Assembly: GCA_016699145.1 (NCBI GenBank) | Contig: CP064962.1 | Location: 630,001-662,000 of the forward strand | DNA: 32,000 nucleotides | Direction of reading: 5' to 3' | Origin: Candidatus Saccharimonadota bacterium | GTDB lineage: Bacteria; Patescibacteriota; Gracilibacteria; UBA1369; 2-02-FULL-48-14 | Shown here: in pieces, positions 1 through 7,680 of the stretch | Layout: every line of letters starts with the position of its first letter | How positions within the stretch are numbered: the stretch's first letter is position 1 | Notes under the pieces: model-generated | What the model saw: only the letters and a program-made list of their open reading frames with translations | Told to the model about the DNA's origin: nothing | Databases searched by the model: none | Position numbers and translations under genes: made by a program

Positions 1-405
1 CACAACGAAACAGGAAGTTTCTACCCTTACAACTACATCTATCACCCTGAAGATTTTTCAGCAGTCTCTTTCATCAACGATGGTGAGAACGAGTCTCTCA
101 CGCTCAAAAATCACGGCAGCAGCAGCTTGGATGTGAGCGGTTACTACGTCACTTTCTTGGATGCCAGCGATTCCGGCGACTATGAAGCCACCGATGTCAG
201 CTTCACCTTCCCAGAAGGCAGCACGGTTGGTGCTGGAGAAAGCGTGACCATCAACGGCATCTTGGGCGGAGAATTTGCCTTCGAAAACCCTGAAGGCCCT
301 TATGGTGACGGCTTCTTGAACGACCATTTTGGAGATTACCTTTACCTTATCTACAACGCCGACGCTCAACTGATCGACGTGGTGGTCTTCCAGGTGGAGT
401 CCTAA
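1..405 (+). CDS. 3' end of a secreted protein with a lamin-tail-domain (LTD)-like C-terminus, 5' truncated by the window edge
   Basis: Frame 1 is open from base 1 to TAA at 403-405. The track shows it only from an internal Met at 127. The translation ...FINDGENESLTLKNHGSSSLDVSGYYVTF...FTFPEGSTVGAGESVTI... fits the LTD pattern (xLxLxNxGxxxxDLSGWxL ... FxFPxGxxLxxGxxxxI). Confidence 0.6.
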   Translation, partial: HNETGSFYPYNYIYHPEDFSAVSFINDGENESLTLKNHGSSSLDVSGYYVTFLDASDSGDYEATDVSFTFPEGSTVGAGESVTINGILGGEFAFENPEGPYGDGFLNDHFGDYLYLIYNADAQLIDVVVFQVES

Positions 406-424
406 GCCCTAGCTTTTCTATACC

Positions 425-470
425 AAAAGCCCGAAGTTCTTGGATTCAAAATCCACCTCCGGGCTTTTTT
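425..470. terminator. Bidirectional rho-independent terminator between convergent genes
   Basis: aaaagcccgaag (425-436) pairs with ctccgggctttt (457-468) with one mismatch. The loop holds an inner hairpin tggat/atcca. There is an A-run 5' and a T-run 3'. It lies between the stop at 405 (+) and the stop at 476 (-). Confidence 0.5.
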
Positions 471-475
471 AAAGG

Positions 476-973
476 CTATTTTGCAGCTGCAGATCCTGCT
501 AATGGGGTTGCCTTGCTCACGCTTCCTGAGTTACCCCAGTCGAAATGAAAAGGGATATGTGCATCCAATGCAACAAAATGAACATTTGGATGTGCATCCT
601 TAACCTCCTTTTGCTGACAGGGAAAATATTTTCCTATATCCATTCCTATCAAAACATTGGGAGCAACTTGCCTCACTACTGGATAGAAGGCCTCAAATTC
701 AGCAGCAGTAAGATTAAAAAACAACTTGCCCTTTCTCGGGTGAGCTGCTTCTGCTCCACCAAGAACATTCAATAAATCCCTTCGAAATAAGTCCAAAGCA
801 GTAACAATTTTGCCTCCACCTTTTGCAGCCTCAATTTGAGTTTCGTAGGTAGAAGTATTGATTGATTGAATACCGCCAGGCGGTAGAGCCAACATCTTCC
901 TACGATCCGTCACAAAAATACGAAGCATATCTTCTGTTCCCGCCAAACCTGTTTTTACTTCTGATAAAGCCAT
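476..973 (-). CDS. Hypothetical protein (165 aa), no family recognised
   Basis: Intact ATG ORF with its own promoter-like sequence upstream and a shared terminator downstream. The DNA is visibly more A+T-rich than its neighbours. I could not place the protein in a family. Confidence 0.5.
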   Translation of the reverse strand: MALSEVKTGLAGTEDMLRIFVTDRRKMLALPPGGIQSINTSTYETQIEAAKGGGKIVTALDLFRRDLLNVLGGAEAAHPRKGKLFFNLTAAEFEAFYPVVRQVAPNVLIGMDIGKYFPCQQKEVKDAHPNVHFVALDAHIPFHFDWGNSGSVSKATPLAGSAAAK

Positions 974-996
974 ACGTATCTTAAGAAAACGTCCCT

Positions 997-1034
997 ATTA
1001 TACAGAATAATGAAATATTGTAAAGATGTGTCAA
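997..1034 (-). promoter_or_regulatory. Sigma70-like promoter for the 476-973 gene
   Basis: On the minus strand the sequence reads TTGACAcatcTTTACA-16 nt-TATAAT. The -10 is at 1002-997, the -35 TTTACA at 1024-1019, and an extra perfect TTGACA at 1034-1029. The ATG at 973 lies 24 nt downstream of the -10. Confidence 0.4.
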
Positions 1035-1061
1035 GGCGAATTGTGCTGCACACCTGAAAAA

Positions 1062-2276
1062 TCACAAATAAGACTGCATTTTCTGCTCGCCTCCTGACTT
1101 AACCTTGCGATACTCCGTCAAATTCGTCGTAAAGTTGGCTCCGTTCAAAAAAACCTCCGAATAAGGAATGTGCCGCTGAAGCCCACCTTGTAAACTGTCC
1201 GCAACCCACACGCCATCGGCATCAAAGGAGTAAGCCACCAACTGATGCCCAATGTTCACTCCATTGGAATAGTAAGGAATATAAAGCACCAAAGGCTCGC
1301 CCAGGGCCAACTTTTTAAAGAAAAATTCCGCCGAATTATTATAACTGAACAGCAAATCATAGCCATATTCCGCCGCAAAACGGCTACGCTCCCCCGAAGA
1401 CCAAATAAAAGTGCCATCCCACGCAATCCGATCTTGAACTTCAGCAATATCCAGCACTTCGCCATACTTGTATTGCACCAAAGTTTTAGTCGCAAAACTG
1501 TAACAACCATAAGGCCAACCCCTTTGAGAATGATGGACAAAGTCGACATTCGAAGGAATTGCCGCCACCAAACCCAAATCCAAAACCTCTTCATAGCCAG
1601 CCGAGGGGTCCAATTCAAACTCAAAAACCTCGGGCCTTTCGCCTTCTTCATAAGTCAAAGCGCGGTGCAAAAGCAGACTCATTTGCTTGCGAGTGATGAG
1701 CTCATGTGGAGAAATATAGCTGTCCAAAGTGTCCACCAGCTCGCGTTCTTCAAACCGCAGCAAATCATCCCAGTACCACTGTCCATTGTCTTGATTGTCT
1801 AGAAAGACACTCCGCTCATCCTCGTCTAAAAGCTCCCATTCTAAAGCTTCTGCTAAAATTTTCATGGCCTCCGCACGAGTGATATTGTCTCCCGGAGCAA
1901 AGCGCCCATCCCCATAGCCCTCCACCCACTCCAATTCCTTGGCACGACACACATATTTGGCAAACCATTCCTCCCCCACATCCACAAAACAAGCCGCGTA
2001 CTCCGCAGCCGAAGGCGTTTCCCCCAGCACTCCCTCCACAATCATTTTAGTGAATTCCGCCCGATTGATGAGCGCCATGGGCCGAAATGTGCCATCGCTA
2101 TAGCCCTCCACAATGCCCTCTTCCGTGAGATAGTCCACAGCTTCTTGAACAGGGTCATTGGGGTAGAGGTCGGAGTAATTCGTACTCGCAAGGGCCGAAC
2201 TCGACAAAAAAACACCAAAGAAAAGGGCAATAAAACAGCGACGGAGCAACATAGGCATGGATTTAAGACGCTTCAA
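1062..2276 (-). CDS. Secreted protein: signal peptide, 3 SLH repeats, C-terminal papain-like (peptidase C39_2-like) domain
   Basis: The signal peptide ends ...SSSALAS. SLH repeats include EAVDYLTEEGIVEGYSDGTFRPMALINRAEFTKMIV and FVDVGEEWFAKYVCRAKELEWVEGYGDGRFAPGDNITRAEAMKIL, plus a degenerate third repeat. The C-terminal half has Q-x4-GC (HHSQRGWPYGCYSFA) and a later GHQLVAYSFDADGVWVADS, matching the C39-like Cys/His layout. The start is uncertain: TTG at 2276, or ATG at 2258 or 2252. Confidence 0.75.
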   Translation of the reverse strand: MKRLKSMPMLLRRCFIALFFGVFLSSSALASTNYSDLYPNDPVQEAVDYLTEEGIVEGYSDGTFRPMALINRAEFTKMIVEGVLGETPSAAEYAACFVDVGEEWFAKYVCRAKELEWVEGYGDGRFAPGDNITRAEAMKILAEALEWELLDEDERSVFLDNQDNGQWYWDDLLRFEERELVDTLDSYISPHELITRKQMSLLLHRALTYEEGERPEVFEFELDPSAGYEEVLDLGLVAAIPSNVDFVHHSQRGWPYGCYSFATKTLVQYKYGEVLDIAEVQDRIAWDGTFIWSSGERSRFAAEYGYDLLFSYNNSAEFFFKKLALGEPLVLYIPYYSNGVNIGHQLVAYSFDADGVWVADSLQGGLQRHIPYSEVFLNGANFTTNLTEYRKVKSGGEQKMQSYL

Positions 2277-2304
2277 CTTTAGGGGAAGATGCAGAGTTTA
2301 ACAA

Positions 2305-2340
2305 CAAAAAAGGGGGAACGGCTTCCGCCGCCCCCTTTTT
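2305..2340 (-). terminator. Rho-independent terminator after the 955-aa surface protein gene
   Basis: The hairpin is ggggg-aa-cggc / ttcc / gccg-ccccc at 2312-2335. It is flanked by an A-tract (2305-2311) and a T-tract (2336-2340), so it gives a U-tail on either strand. It lies 9 nt past the stop at 2349. Confidence 0.6.
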
Positions 2341-2348
2341 CTTATCTT

Positions 2349-5216
2349 TTACTCAAACAATCCGAGCACCATATCGAGGAAGGTTCCTCGTTCCACACTG
2401 TCTTCAGGTTCATAATCTGCAGCATTCACTTCTTCTCCAGAAGCAAGCTCAAGCACATCAACAATCTCACTGAAAGACATATTTTCATGAGGATTAAAAA
2501 CACCAGAAGCTTCTTCTTCAGCAAAGAAGTCTTCTTCGGTCAACGCTTCAATGTAGTAAGCCAGAGGCTCATCCGTAGACACATCAGCGTAAGAAGTTTC
2601 AGTCACTTCAGGAAGCTCATCGTGATCTGCCGTCACGTAACCAAAGAGTCTTGCAACAATCTTGGCCACTTCATCGCGCTTGATCCAATCGCTAGGATCA
2701 AAGTGCAAGGCATCACGACCGTGAATCACTCCTTCACACCACATTTGGTAAATGCTGTCATAAGAGTCCATGTCTTCAGTGACATCCACAAAGCTCATCG
2801 CTTCACAGACCACTGGGTCTTCTGTCAAGATTACGTTTCCATTGCCACCACCGGAACCATTTCCGCCGCCGTTGCCTCCTCCATTACCACCAAAAGGCAC
2901 TCCTCCACCATTGCCACCACCGGAACCGTTCCCGGAACCATTGCCGTTTCCGTTACCAGATCCAGATCCATTTCCATTTCCAGAATTTGGATTGTGCTCA
3001 ACGGTCACACAGTTGTTTCCTTCAGAAACTTCGCTCACATTGGAGGCAGAATCCACACAAACGGTATACGTGCCGGCAGCCAAAGTGAGGTTGCTCACCG
3101 TCAAGGCCATAGAAGACCCTTGAGTCGCAAAGGCAGTTCCATAATTGGACAACAGATCGACGAAAAGAGAACTGGTGCCATCCGTGATTTCGAAGCTGGG
3201 TTGGTCAGCCAAATTCACATCGGCCGTACCACTGTTGCTCACGGTGAAAGAAAGACGATCGTCGCTTCCAACACTAGCTCCACTGAGAGTCAAGTCAGGA
3301 AGGTTGGAATTTCCACCGCCATTCCCAGAACCCACAGTGAATGTGAGAGATGAACAGTTGTTGGATTCTGAAAGTTCAGCCTCAACTCGATTGAGCGTGT
3401 CCACACACACTTCAAAGGTGTGAGCTCCATCGGCAAGTCCGCTGAAGACCTGAGTCAAAGTAGAAGAGGTACCTGCATCGAGGTAATTGGGCGCATCCAC
3501 ACTGGTGGTCCAAGCATCCGAGAAGACAGAAACTCCATCCAAGTAGTATTCCGTTCTTCCATTTTGGAAAGCACGCACATCCACTAAACCTTGGTTTCCA
3601 ATCACAAAGCTGGCAGAAGCGCTGTCCGCAGAAGAAACAGAGGCATAAAGGTCAGGGAGCACACCAGCATTGTAAATAAAGCTGGTGCTGGAACAGTTGT
3701 CTGCTTCACTCGATTCACTCACCAAGTCAGAAGAGTCCACACAAACCTCAAGCACATTGGTGCTGCCATCGGTCAAAGCGAGCATTTCACCATAAAGGTA
3801 AAGAGGAAGAGTTCGATTGCGCTCGGCACCGGCTTCAGCATAACGGTTGAACAAATCTTGGTGCCAGGTCCAACCCATGATTTGAAGGTTTTGACCATTG
3901 AGGCGCAAACGATTTCGTCCATCTGGATAGTCACTGTAAGTCACACTAGCATCTCCATTGTTTCCAATGTCGTAAGAGAAAATCATGGTCGCTGCATCGT
4001 AAGACGCATTGCTTGTGTAAAGATTAGGCATGGCTGTAGAACCCGTATTATTACCCTCAAAGAAAGGGTTATTTATGGTCAAACAGTTATTATCTTCATC
4101 ACTTTCAACAATTACAGAAGGATCATCCACACAGAACATGAAGGTCTGTGTACTTGAAAGGCTAGGATTAGAAACCGTAAGTTCTTCGGCAGTGAATGTA
4201 TTAGTGCCACCAACAGTTAAGAAGTCGGAAGTCCCATAATTAGACCAGACATAAGGGAATTCTCCCCCGTTTTGATAAACAATAGTTGTAGCTGTTGGGT
4301 CGTAGCTAGCATCTGCATCACCTACATTCTCCAAAGTATACATGAAGGTATAGTCAATTGGGTCATCATTAGGATCCACCGTAGACATGTCTACAAAAGC
4401 ACCCGTTCCATCTCCAGCTGTACGGTCCCAAAGTTCAACATTGGAAACCGTAAGATCCGGCGTAGCGGTTTCGGTGCCAGTAGAAGCAGAATTCAAGGAA
4501 ATATTATAAAATCCATAGCTATTGGTATCTCCTAAAGATCCACTAATAGCCACCTCAACATCTTCAGCACCTTGTGTGGAATAGGACAATTGCTTAGTTT
4601 CTCCAGGAGAAAGAGTCATAGGACCATCTTCCCCGCCATTAGAACCACTGATCCTGAAAGCCCATGTACCACCGGAAGATTCAGATGGAACCGTAAGTTC
4701 TGCAGTTACATCACTAGAATCAAGAAAAGAACTCGTATAGAGGTCTTGTTCACCGGCACAAAGATAACCCAATTGGGGACCACCGAGGTCCGAAGCTTCA
4801 GCTGCATCACAACCTTGCACTCCTATAGGAAAAGTCGTGGAAGCCGTAGTCTCAAGCGCATCGAGTGTTTGTGTTGTAAGTGTGAGAGTCGCTACATAGG
4901 AATCCGTTGCATAGTCGTCAGCTGTGGTATAAACGTGTGACCATGTTAAACTAGTGATATCCGGGACAGAAACCTCAGCATTGCTCAAATAAATTTGTTC
5001 ATCGGGTGTTGACCCATCTCCCCAATCCAAAGTAGCTGTTAAAACAGCTGCATCAGAATCCACAGAAATTTCAGATACAAACGTCAAAGTTTCACCATCT
5101 CGTGTAATAAAACCACCCGGGTGCGTGACTGACAACGCCGAAGCCGACGGAATCGCCGGAAGAAGAAGCGCCGAACAGAGCGTAAAGGATAAAAGTGAGC
5201 TAAAAAATCTTTTCAT
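2349..5216 (-). CDS. Large secreted surface protein: signal peptide, PKD-like domain, 4 CARDB-like repeats, Gly/Asn/Ser linker, C-terminal SLH anchor
   Basis: The signal peptide is MKRFFSSLLSFTLCSALLLPAIPSASA. LDWGDGST is a PKD hallmark. Four repeats start with PDL/PNL and end with acidic-NNC motifs (ESDEDNNC, ESSEADNC, ELSESNNC, EVSEGNNC), as in CARDB. A 53-aa GNGNGSG linker follows. The C-terminal SLH is FVDVTEDMDSYDSIYQMWCEGVIHGRDALHFDPSDWIKRDEVAKIVARLFG. Confidence 0.85.
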   Translation of the reverse strand: MKRFFSSLLSFTLCSALLLPAIPSASALSVTHPGGFITRDGETLTFVSEISVDSDAAVLTATLDWGDGSTPDEQIYLSNAEVSVPDITSLTWSHVYTTADDYATDSYVATLTLTTQTLDALETTASTTFPIGVQGCDAAEASDLGGPQLGYLCAGEQDLYTSSFLDSSDVTAELTVPSESSGGTWAFRISGSNGGEDGPMTLSPGETKQLSYSTQGAEDVEVAISGSLGDTNSYGFYNISLNSASTGTETATPDLTVSNVELWDRTAGDGTGAFVDMSTVDPNDDPIDYTFMYTLENVGDADASYDPTATTIVYQNGGEFPYVWSNYGTSDFLTVGGTNTFTAEELTVSNPSLSSTQTFMFCVDDPSVIVESDEDNNCLTINNPFFEGNNTGSTAMPNLYTSNASYDAATMIFSYDIGNNGDASVTYSDYPDGRNRLRLNGQNLQIMGWTWHQDLFNRYAEAGAERNRTLPLYLYGEMLALTDGSTNVLEVCVDSSDLVSESSEADNCSSTSFIYNAGVLPDLYASVSSADSASASFVIGNQGLVDVRAFQNGRTEYYLDGVSVFSDAWTTSVDAPNYLDAGTSSTLTQVFSGLADGAHTFEVCVDTLNRVEAELSESNNCSSLTFTVGSGNGGGNSNLPDLTLSGASVGSDDRLSFTVSNSGTADVNLADQPSFEITDGTSSLFVDLLSNYGTAFATQGSSMALTVSNLTLAAGTYTVCVDSASNVSEVSEGNNCVTVEHNPNSGNGNGSGSGNGNGNGSGNGSGGGNGGGVPFGGNGGGNGGGNGSGGGNGNVILTEDPVVCEAMSFVDVTEDMDSYDSIYQMWCEGVIHGRDALHFDPSDWIKRDEVAKIVARLFGYVTADHDELPEVTETSYADVSTDEPLAYYIEALTEEDFFAEEEASGVFNPHENMSFSEIVDVLELASGEEVNAADYEPEDSVERGTFLDMVLGLFE
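2835..2993 (-). repeat. Low-complexity coding repeat (Gly/Asn/Ser linker) with internal perfect direct repeats
   Basis: It encodes NPNSGNGNGSGSGNGNGNGSGNGSGGGNGGGVPFGGNGGGNGGGNGSGGGNGN. The 18-mer attgccaccaccggaacc occurs at 2841-2858 and again at 2910-2927, 69 bp apart and in frame. Confidence 0.75.
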
Positions 5217-5258
5217 ACACTATGGTTTAAGGGGATAAGATAGTGAATTCGAGACAAC

Positions 5259-5287
5259 AATATTGCACATGTGTCAAACTAAGTCAA
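5259..5287 (-). promoter_or_regulatory. Putative promoter of the 955-aa surface protein gene
   Basis: On the minus strand: TTGACT (5287-5282), 17 nt, AATATT (5264-5259). The ATG at 5216 is about 42 nt downstream. The -35 lies inside the IS target-site duplication. Confidence 0.35.
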
Positions 5288-5288
5288 G
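5281..5288. repeat. Target-site duplication, left copy (AAGTCAAG)
   Basis: Identical 8-mer directly abutting both IS ends (5281-5288 and 6566-6573). Confidence 0.8.
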
Positions 5289-5307
5289 CTAAAAAGACCC
5301 CAGTTTT
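5289..5307. repeat. IS left terminal inverted repeat
   Basis: ctaaaaagaccccagtttt is the exact reverse complement of 6547-6565. Confidence 0.9.
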
Positions 5308-5399
5308 AAGAGAGTGAATTGGAGATTTTGTTTTAGGGTAAGGCTAAAATGGGTGTTAAATTTTGAAGAACCACCTTTAAAAAATAACAGATTTTAGCC

Positions 5400-6565
5400 A
5401 TGAACAAATATATCCAAGATTTCATTACAAATAAATGCCGAAGTATATTTACAGGTTTAACCCTGCCACAGAAGAAGGCCTTGGCTGAAGTACTTAGAGG
5501 ACTTTTCGTAGAAGCCACCCCTATACTTTGGCATTTAGCCCAAAACAAAGAGGTTTCAGCAAAGAAGCAAGGGAACAAGTACTCTCATCATCTTGGGAAT
5601 GTTGATTTACAGAAGAAAGTGGAGGATTTCTCAGTAAGAGCTGTAGCTTCTGAAATTCGTAAAAACACAGTGATTGCTTATGATCTCGTAGATCTTTCCA
5701 AACCTTCCGCAAAGAAGATGGAGAAATTGTCACAAGTATATGATTCGAGTGAAGGGAGCATTGAACCTGGTTTTCTTTTGCATGGAGTGGGCGTGAACAA
5801 TCTGCTCCTAAAACTGCGTTTTCATCACAATGATAAAGAGTTCTTGGGACAGGTTAGGAAGGCTATTTTGGAGGAACTCACCCAGGTTTTTGATCATAAA
5901 GGCATTTTTGTCTTTGATCGTGGCAACGACGATGAGAAACTTTTAGAGATCTTCGTCAGGTCTTAAAAGTGCAATTTATCGCAAGAGTAAGGGAAAACAG
6001 AACGGTTGTGCTTAAGGAAACTGGGGTCTTGATTTCTGTGAAAGAGTTGCCTGAAGGAAGCTACGAAGTGTTTTTGATGAAAAATGGAAAAGTGCTTGGG
6101 GATCTTTGCCACAATCTGCTCATACGGAACCATCTGGAAGGAAAGAACCCATAAGGCTCATCTACTCACTCAAGGATTCATATACTGCAGAGCAGATTGT
6201 GAATTTGTATCTGGAAAGATGGGGAATTGAAAAGAGTTTTAAGAGAGTGAAGCAAAAGTTCCAGTTGGAGAAAATCCGTGTGCTTAGCCTGAAAAAAGTT
6301 TATCAATTTGATTGCTCTGACTCAATTTGCAATGAACCTCTCTGTTCTTATGTTTAGGAAAGTCCAAGCTCTCACTCACAGTCTGGTTACTTCTGTTGTT
6401 TCCAACTACAAGGGGTTCATTGCAAAGAAATCACTCACCTTTAACCTGGAATCTTTCATAACTTTTCTCCAGAATTCTCTACAGTCACTCCAATTTCATG
6501 CCCCTCCAAAACGCCAACCCTCCCTCTTCTCATTCAGGCAACTGAAAAAACTGGGGTCTTTTTAG
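5400..6565 (+). pseudogene. DDE transposase (DDE_Tnp_1 / IS4-like) interrupted by one stop/frameshift and two further frameshifts
   Basis: Four consecutive ORF pieces lie in frames 3, 2, 1, 2 (5400-5966, 5969-6154, 6106-6357, 6308-6565). Motifs include VIAYDLVDLSKPSAKKMEKL (first D), GIFVFDRGNDDEKLL then FIARVRENR (second D), and YLERWGIEKSFKRVKQ (the YxxRWxIE..K E-region). Confidence 0.75.
6547..6565. repeat. IS right terminal inverted repeat
   Basis: aaaactggggtctttttag is the exact reverse complement of 5289-5307. The last transposase ORF fragment ends (TAG 6563-6565) inside it. Confidence 0.9.
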
Positions 6566-6573
6566 AAGTCAAG
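6566..6573. repeat. Target-site duplication, right copy (AAGTCAAG)
   Basis: Identical 8-mer directly abutting both IS ends. Confidence 0.8.
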
Positions 6574-6632
6574 CGCAAATAAAAAAACTGACTCGCCAGA
6601 GCCATAAAAATACGTGAAGTCAGCCATCGACT

Positions 6633-7601
6633 TTACTGAAGCGTATACCGAAACAACTCCCTATTGATCAACAGAAATGGCTCCCCTGTCGAAGACTGCA
6701 AAAACAAAGAGGCGGGCAGTTCTACAGAAAATTTCTCGTCTTCGGAAATAGCTCGAGTCCGACCATAAGTGGCCCCGTCTTGTGTCTGTAAAAAGAGAGT
6801 TAAAAACCCCTCTTGAGGCAATTCTGTTTCAAAAAATTGAGCGAGTCGACCAGATGGATCGAGAGAGTCTACAAGAAAAGTGCTGCTAGACTCATCTATA
6901 TAAACCGTCCTTAAGAAAGTCCTCCCTTCGATGTCTACGTGCTCTTCAGAAAAAGTGAAATCAGGGTTTTGAACCCGTTCCCAAACCCCGCCGGGTTCAT
7001 AAGAGAGCTCGGGACAATGCTCTTGAGTGAGAAAAAGTTTGACCCCACCCGTTTCAAGAAAGTCGTAATAAAAGTCAGTCAAAACCTGTCCATTCAAAAG
7101 ATGATCTTCTACAAAGAGGCGCTGATGAGAGCCGGCTTGCGTATAAAGTTCATCGCAGTTTTCACCTGGAAAAGGGTATTCATAAACCGCTTCCACTTGA
7201 GTGCCACGAAGCAGAAACACCTTATTGGCAGACGATTCCCCTGAAGAAATCCATGCCGGATCAAAAAGCAGCGCGCCATCTGCAAGCAAATAAAGAAAAG
7301 GCCCACCGGAAGAGTTGGAGTTACAGTTCATAGGAGGGATTTCTACAGGACTATAAACACCCGAATCGAGTTCATAAAGTCCAAGAGCACAGTCGCGAAT
7401 TCCCGTGCCAGAAACCAAATAAACCGCATCTCGCTCCAAATTCCATTCATAAGCCAGAATGGACTCAGGTTCAATGGATGCATCCACCTGCAATTTTTCC
7501 TCAATCAGAGGCAGCGCGCCTTTATAAGGAGACTCCTGCACAGTAGGGGATGAACACGCGGTCAAAGCAATAAAAAGCGCAAGAACAAAGATTTTTTTCA
7601 T
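6633..7601 (-). CDS. Lipoprotein, hypothetical (322 aa from the MKKIF start)
   Basis: MKKIFVLALFIALTAC has a lipobox (LTAC) at the internal ATG 7601-7599. The 27 codons upstream in the track ORF overlap the divergent gene and promoter. No family recognised. Confidence 0.7.
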   Translation of the reverse strand: MKKIFVLALFIALTACSSPTVQESPYKGALPLIEEKLQVDASIEPESILAYEWNLERDAVYLVSGTGIRDCALGLYELDSGVYSPVEIPPMNCNSNSSGGPFLYLLADGALLFDPAWISSGESSANKVFLLRGTQVEAVYEYPFPGENCDELYTQAGSHQRLFVEDHLLNGQVLTDFYYDFLETGGVKLFLTQEHCPELSYEPGGVWERVQNPDFTFSEEHVDIEGRTFLRTVYIDESSSTFLVDSLDPSGRLAQFFETELPQEGFLTLFLQTQDGATYGRTRAISEDEKFSVELPASLFLQSSTGEPFLLINRELFRYTLQ

Positions 7602-7645
7602 GCCTAAAAAATACCGTAAGAAGCTTGTAAAGACAAAGGCCTTTC

Positions 7646-7674
7646 TTGCAAGCACAAGCGGGCTTAAGTAAAGT
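7646..7674 (+). promoter_or_regulatory. Putative promoter giving a leaderless or near-leaderless mRNA for the 7681 gene
   Basis: TTGCAA (7646-7651), 17 nt, TAAAGT (7669-7674), 6 nt, ATG (7681). Confidence 0.35.
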
Positions 7675-7680
7675 AAATGC

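Larger units (their letters stand above)
5289..6565 (+). mobile_element. Insertion sequence (1277 bp), IS4-superfamily-like DDE transposase, coding region decayed
   Basis: Perfect 19-bp terminal inverted repeats: ctaaaaagaccccagtttt at 5289-5307 and aaaactggggtctttttag at 6547-6565. The 8-bp direct repeat aagtcaag flanks both ends. Internal ORFs encode DDE transposase motifs. Confidence 0.85.

Noticed and set aside
2835-2993. Possible CRISPR or tandem-repeat array
   Set aside because: There is no repeat-spacer periodicity. The region is in-frame low-complexity coding sequence inside a well-supported gene.
2289-3353. 354-aa + strand ORF, and the proline-rich 117-aa ORF at 2770-3123
   Set aside because: Both are antisense to the 955-aa surface protein gene. 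The PPPEPFPPP run is only the reverse reading of the Gly/Asn/Ser linker codons.
5333-5578. 81-aa minus-strand ORF inside the IS
   Set aside because: It is antisense to the transposase N-terminus, with no start context and low-complexity sequence.
5960-5971. Programmed ribosomal frameshift in the IS transposase
   Set aside because: There are three separate frame changes in different directions and no slippery heptamer that I can see. Decay (or sequencing error) is the simpler explanation.
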